This document shows positions 15,855 to 20,335 of a stretch of 20,335 nt of DNA, piece by piece. How positions within the stretch are numbered: position 1 is the first letter of the stretch; each line of letters starts with the position of its first letter. Source of the DNA: Candidatus Thorarchaeota archaeon. GTDB taxonomy: Archaea; Asgardarchaeota; Thorarchaeia; Thorarchaeales; Thorarchaeaceae. Location of the stretch: positions 1-20,335 of the forward strand of contig JBHIAE010000051.1 in NCBI GenBank assembly GCA_046758445.1, given 5' to 3'. Below the pieces are notes generated by a model. The model made no database searches, had not been told where the DNA came from, and was given only the letters and a program-made list of their open reading frames with translations. Made by a program: the position numbers and the translations under genes.

Positions 15855-16355
15855 TTGGCGGAGCGAAGGACACCACCGCCTATTCGCGCATTGGTGCCCG
15901 TAGTATTCGCAATCTTCTCGGCAGTTTCCCTGATTATCATCGTTTTTCTTGGCCTCCCCTGGATTCTACCAATAGATCTCTTCTGGTCTGTAGTGATTGG
16001 TATCATGTTCCTAGGCTTAGGATTTCCAATTATGGCCCTTACTCTGAGAAGCCTAACTTTTCACAGAGCCTTCGGCGATGAGCTTTACATGACCAAGGAA
16101 GAGAGCCAATTAGTAACCACGGGGCCATATGCTTACACCAGAAACCCACTGTATTTCTCAGGTACCATTCTTTTGATAGGCTGGACTATCTTGCTGAGGT
16201 TGACATTTCTTCTCATACTCACCATGCTGTTTCTTGTCATGTTTGGATTTGCAATCAAATGGGAGGAGAATGAGCTTGCAGAAAGATTCGGTGAGGAGTA
16301 CCTATTATACAAGGAGATAGTTCCTCTCTTCTTCCCAAGACTTCGTAGAGAATGA
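15855..16355 (+). CDS. Second ICMT/PEMT-family methyltransferase
   Basis: LVTTGPYAYTRNPLYFS...EENELAERFGEEYLLYKEIVP. TTG start with GGAGTGAGGT upstream; possibly its own promoter, GAAACAGGGTTAAGT at 15799-15813. Confidence 0.9.
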   Translation: MAERRTPPPIRALVPVVFAIFSAVSLIIIVFLGLPWILPIDLFWSVVIGIMFLGLGFPIMALTLRSLTFHRAFGDELYMTKEESQLVTTGPYAYTRNPLYFSGTILLIGWTILLRLTFLLILTMLFLVMFGFAIKWEENELAERFGEEYLLYKEIVPLFFPRLRRE

Positions 16356-16403
16356 CAAGGATTCAAGCAACACCCAAACGGTGCCAAAAGAGGATGTGCC
16401 TGT

Positions 16404-18788
16404 CTACGTCAACAACCTATCACGAATCACAGTGTCAATATTCATTCGCCTGAGTCTTCTGGCTGAAGGAAGTGATGCTAGGATCGCTGTTAACAGAGTG
16501 AGGATGGCTACCCCAAGCAGTGGTGCGATATCGAATGATGCAGCATAGAACGGAATGTAGGTCCTCATGAAGCCATCGAATAGTCCAGAGATCATTTGAG
16601 TGACAGGAACCGATAACACTATTCCAAGCAGCGCTACGATCGAGATTTCAAGGAACAGGAGTCGGGTGAGTGAGTTCCTCGACCAGCCAATAGCCTCAAG
16701 TTGAGCAAGCTCCGGGATTCTCTCACCTACGCTTATCGACACAATGTTCCAAACCACCGCCAGCATCAGAAGCATTGCGATTGCTGCCATTCCTATGGAC
16801 ACAGCGACACCTTGCGCCTCGCTGACCACCCCGCTTGATGCCTCCTCCATTGTCATCGCATTCTCCACATCATCAAGGGAGAAGGCAGCGTCCGCCACAG
16901 CGTCGGTGTCTGCTCCTTGTGTAGACTTGACGAATAGTCCGCTCAGCATCTCCACACCAAGCATGTCAGTAGCCTTAGTGAGGGAGATATAGAAGACATT
17001 CATTGGCGAACTAACTAGACCTACGATAGAAAACAGCTCTGACGAACTACCAATCGTAAGATTGACTGTATCTCCTAGTTCGACACCTACCAAAGAAGCG
17101 ACGGTGACATCAACCACTGCCTCGAGTGCATTCTGAATGGTCCGACCCGTTTCAAGGTTGAAATCATGCAGCTGACCTGCGGGGTCGAGGCATAGAAGAC
17201 TGACGAGCTTTGGTCTATCTGAAATGAGTGCAGTGGTTCCCAGTTTCAGGTATGGTTCATAGCTATCAACATCCGCCACTTGAGGCATGAGAGCGTCTAC
17301 TTGGGAGGAGTTCATGGGGTCCTTGAAATCAACGAGAATGTCCCAGTGTTCATTCTGGTCCATGTACACTTGGATACTCTTATTGAAACCCCCGACCATC
17401 ACTGTACCCATTGAGGCAACTGCTGCAGCCAGAGCAATCCCAGTGATCATCAGGCCAGCCCGGACTTTATTGAGAGACATTCCTCTCACAACAAACTTGA
17501 AGCCATAGCCGCGAACACCGAGCTTCCTCCCAATCTTCTCCAAGACGGTTTCACCGACGTATCCCTTCTCCATCATCCAACCGCGAATTGCGCGAATGGG
17601 TTCGTACCCAAAGATCTTACGGACAGGAAAGTATGCTGAGAGAAGCACTGTCAGAGGACCAGCAACCAGTGCCACAACGTAGACTGTTGGTGAAACAGCT
17701 CCCAATTGGATCTCCAATGAATATATCGTTGCAAAACTCTGAAGTATGGCCTTTCCTCCAGGTTCTCCGAGAGGCATGGCCAATAATGTCGCGACTAGAG
17801 CGAAACCTCCCAGTAACAGGAGATACGCTCTTTGAATCTCTGAGTCACTGTAGCCCAGTGACTTCGTTATGCCGATGTGGCGAGAGTTGGACTCGACAAT
17901 TCTTCTCACTGTAGTGTAGACCACAAACGCAGCCACTGCGAAGATAATGCCAGCAAAGAGAACGATGAACTCGTCTGCAACATCAAATCGCTGCAAGTCG
18001 GCACTTCTCAAGTCGCCAGTTTCCAGAGTCGTCACTATGGGGTAGGGATTGATAGTATCAATGATGGAATCGGCTAGAGCTGTGTAGTCATACCCCTCCT
18101 GGAACCGAACCAATATCTCATTCACAACTTCCTTCTCACCAACTCCTGTGTATGACATCTCCTGCAGGACTGACATGTCTAACCAGATTGGCGCAATAGT
18201 GGCGAAAGCGGCTCGCGATGGAGCATAGATCAGCTGTTTCGGGTTTCTGTGGGGAAACAGATGCTCAAGAGAAACAACAATGCCTACGACCTCAAGTTCG
18301 AACTCCTCTCCAAACGCCGACATCGTGAGCGTCGAACCCAGTGTGATTCCACGCGCTGCCGCAAATGATTGCTCGATCAAGGCAGTGCTATTGTCAGCTG
18401 GGTCCAGATACGTTCCTTCTGAAATGATGAGCTTGAACACATCTGGTGGCGTGGAAGGATCTACTCCGTAGAGGTCTGCAGGATTCTCTTCACTGCCGGA
18501 ATACGTGATCTCGCCAAAGACATGATAGCGGCTTGTGAAGGCCTCAACACCTTCAATATCCGCGATGCCTGTGATGTGATCCTGAGGGACTGAGTATGCC
18601 ACGGCCATGAAGTCAGGTGATGCATAGGTTTCATAGGTATAGTCGAGTGTTGCCCTCATCATCGGCACCATCGCCGAGAACATGACATAGCTGAGCACGG
18701 CAATGAACACAAGCGTCATACTGCTGAAGACTTTCCCCTTCTGACTGAAGATCTCCTTCCTAGTCTTTCGGAGAAGGGTTCCGGCCAA
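16404..18788 (-). CDS. Second MacB/FtsX-family ABC permease with two fused halves
   Basis: HIGITKSLGYSDSEI and ERIPELAQLEAIGWS FtsX motifs; same layout as 9454..12003. TTG start 2 nt after the ATPase stop, with GAGGAGGAG upstream. Confidence 0.93.
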   Translation of the reverse strand: MAGTLLRKTRKEIFSQKGKVFSSMTLVFIAVLSYVMFSAMVPMMRATLDYTYETYASPDFMAVAYSVPQDHITGIADIEGVEAFTSRYHVFGEITYSGSEENPADLYGVDPSTPPDVFKLIISEGTYLDPADNSTALIEQSFAAARGITLGSTLTMSAFGEEFELEVVGIVVSLEHLFPHRNPKQLIYAPSRAAFATIAPIWLDMSVLQEMSYTGVGEKEVVNEILVRFQEGYDYTALADSIIDTINPYPIVTTLETGDLRSADLQRFDVADEFIVLFAGIIFAVAAFVVYTTVRRIVESNSRHIGITKSLGYSDSEIQRAYLLLLGGFALVATLLAMPLGEPGGKAILQSFATIYSLEIQLGAVSPTVYVVALVAGPLTVLLSAYFPVRKIFGYEPIRAIRGWMMEKGYVGETVLEKIGRKLGVRGYGFKFVVRGMSLNKVRAGLMITGIALAAAVASMGTVMVGGFNKSIQVYMDQNEHWDILVDFKDPMNSSQVDALMPQVADVDSYEPYLKLGTTALISDRPKLVSLLCLDPAGQLHDFNLETGRTIQNALEAVVDVTVASLVGVELGDTVNLTIGSSSELFSIVGLVSSPMNVFYISLTKATDMLGVEMLSGLFVKSTQGADTDAVADAAFSLDDVENAMTMEEASSGVVSEAQGVAVSIGMAAIAMLLMLAVVWNIVSISVGERIPELAQLEAIGWSRNSLTRLLFLEISIVALLGIVLSVPVTQMISGLFDGFMRTYIPFYAASFDIAPLLGVAILTLLTAILASLPSARRLRRMNIDTVIRDRLLT

Positions 18789-18790
18789 GC

Positions 18791-19498
18791 TTACTCCTCC
18801 TCGTCGCGTTCAGACGTACCATAGATTCTGCCTGATCTGAGAAAGACAGACCTGTCAGCTACTTTTGACACGGATGTCTGGTGTGTGACCGCAATCACCG
18901 TCGTCTTGGTGCTCTTGTTTACAGCCTGAAGAAGGTCCCAGATGACCTCTGACGTTTCGGCGTCTAAATTCCCTGTAGGCTCATCCAAAACAAGTATCGG
19001 AGGTTCCTTGGCTAGACCCCGTGCTATTGCCACACGTTGCTGTTCACCCCCACTCATTTGGGAGGGATAGTTATCAGCCTTGTCTAGTATACCTACAAGC
19101 TCGAGGTAGCGGAGAGACCTATCCCGTAGGACTTCCCTGTCTTTGATCTCCATTGCTATGCCAATCTCTACATTCTCGATTGCAGTTAGGGTCGGGAAAA
19201 GGTTGTAGAATTGGAAGACCAGTCCGATACTTGACCGTCTGAACTTTGTCCTCTCATCTCTCTTCATGGATGAGATTACTGAGCCTTCCACTGAAACTTC
19301 TCCGGAAGTAGGTGTATCCAGCGCAGAGATCATGTTCAACAGCGTTGTCTTGCCAGAGCCCGACTGACCCAGTATCGCCAGGAACTCTCCATCTGCGATG
19401 TCTAGTGACACCCCTCTCAGGGCGTGGACTTTTGTTTCACCCAGCTTGTATTCTTTGTGAAGGTCAGTCACAATCACTTGGCTTTCTGAAGACGCCAT
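18791..19498 (-). CDS. Second LolD/MacB-type ABC ATP-binding protein
   Basis: [33 protein letters not shown] and AVTH motifs. ATG 19498 lies 8 nt after GAGGTGA, so the ORF-track GTG is part of the RBS. Confidence 0.95.
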   Translation of the reverse strand: MASSESQVIVTDLHKEYKLGETKVHALRGVSLDIADGEFLAILGQSGSGKTTLLNMISALDTPTSGEVSVEGSVISSMKRDERTKFRRSSIGLVFQFYNLFPTLTAIENVEIGIAMEIKDREVLRDRSLRYLELVGILDKADNYPSQMSGGEQQRVAIARGLAKEPPILVLDEPTGNLDAETSEVIWDLLQAVNKSTKTTVIAVTHQTSVSKVADRSVFLRSGRIYGTSERDEEE

Positions 19499-19645
19499 CT
19501 TGTTGTTCACCTCGTTTTTGTCTACAACTCTGTGGAGTTCCTATATGAATAAGCACGAATGAGTAATCTCCCGACACTAGTGAAAACTTCCTCTTGCTTT
19601 TGTCTAAGAGTACATAAAGAAGATTTGACCTATTAGTTTCTGAAA

Positions 19646-20239
19646 ATGACGGACGACATCGTATTCTTGTCCAAGGCAATGTCCAACCCGATACGAGTTA
19701 GGATACTTGACTACCTCCTGACAAAGCGCGTGGCAAACAAGGGTGACATCATGGAGGCGCTCGGACTAGAACGAGCCGCCTTGGAACATCATTTGGGGCC
19801 ACTGGTGAAAGCGAAACTTGTCGGAACACTGGACGTTGTCATTGACAAGGTAAAGAATTCGTTGTGCTTCCCATTGGCATCAGTGAAACTGGCCAAGACC
19901 CCTGAGATGTCAGCTGATGCAATTCTTGACGTAATTGGAACCGAGATAGATAGCGACGTGGACCATGACGAGATACAACAAAAGGCCCAGGGTGAGGTGG
20001 AGAACGGCCGTCTTGAACAAGAGGACGCAATAGCGATAGTGCGAACGCTGTTCGAACACAGGGGACGAGGCACAAAGAACGTCTGCTCAGTCTGTGGCCG
20101 TATCAGGAAGATGGCAGACCTCACTCTATGCAGTCAATGCTTCAGACCGGTGTGCACAAAGTGTGACCACGTCATAAAGAGAGAGGATGGCATTTCTGAG
20201 CTCCTATGCGACCGGTGTCTAGACAAGCTCTTTGGGTGA
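19646..20239 (+). CDS. ArsR-type winged-HTH protein with a C-terminal 8-Cys binuclear zinc finger
   Basis: KAMSNPIRVRILDYL...IMEALGLERAALEHHLGPLVKAKLV is ArsR-like. Cys residues at aa 147, 150, 162, 165, 170, 173, 188 and 191. Confidence 0.88.
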   Translation: MTDDIVFLSKAMSNPIRVRILDYLLTKRVANKGDIMEALGLERAALEHHLGPLVKAKLVGTLDVVIDKVKNSLCFPLASVKLAKTPEMSADAILDVIGTEIDSDVDHDEIQQKAQGEVENGRLEQEDAIAIVRTLFEHRGRGTKNVCSVCGRIRKMADLTLCSQCFRPVCTKCDHVIKREDGISELLCDRCLDKLFG

Positions 20240-20335
20240 TTCTGCTCTGATCAGCAAGTAACCAACGCAAATGCTCTGCTGGGCTCTGTTGCAAAACTCA
20301 TGGGTTGAACCATGAGAGGTAGTTTGCTCGCTCCG

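Noticed and set aside
95-20124. Numerous 60-150 aa antisense or alternate-frame ORFs in the track
   Set aside because: They overlap well-supported genes and carry no recognisable motifs.
6939-20239. Selenocysteine readthrough at TGA codons (upstream of amzA; ends of the FnIII, hydrolase, ICMT and ArsR genes)
   Set aside because: These stops fall at natural domain ends, the readthrough sequences checked are short or featureless, and no convincing SECIS element was seen.
20240-20335. Three GCTCTG hexamers and a possible gene start at ATG 20312
   Set aside because: The repeats are too short and irregular. Only eight codons are visible before the window ends, so no call is supportable.
1-20335. 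CRISPR array, tRNA/rRNA genes, IS elements or integrase
   Set aside because: No regularly spaced repeats, RNA-gene signatures, terminal inverted repeats or recombinase motifs were seen; intergenic spaces are short.

Overview
A gene-dense archaeal window. BRE/TATA promoters, GAGGTGA/GGAGG ribosome-binding sites, TTG/CTG starts, an archaemetzincin and a sequon-rich surface protein suggest an Asgard (Thorarchaeia-like) genome; this taxonomy is inference only. Left end (1-4558, +): a 5'-truncated HerA/FtsK-VirB4-like ATPase, apparently overlapping a large protein with a basic disordered N-terminus, tandem HTH repeats, two LAGLIDADG motifs and a C-terminal HTH. This is a candidate new motor-nuclease (or domesticated homing endonuclease) module. 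Next comes an acyl-CoA dehydrogenase and a six-gene minus-strand operon: MacB/LolD-type ATPase, FtsX-type permease, a membrane-tethered FnIII protein with a LolA/DUF3108-like tip, a GbsR regulator, archaemetzincin and a membrane TPR protein. The operon is bracketed by a degenerate 44-bp direct repeat (35/44 identical, 7004 bp apart). The rest holds a DinB-family gene, a second GbsR regulator divergent from an alpha/beta hydrolase (apparently sharing one TATA box), two ICMT/PEMT-family methyltransferases, a second MacB-type ABC pair, and an ArsR-type wHTH fused to an 8-Cys zinc finger with FYVE/Rab-effector-like spacing. No rRNA, tRNA, CRISPR array, transposase or integrase was recognised. Family calls come from motif recognition by eye; no searches were run.
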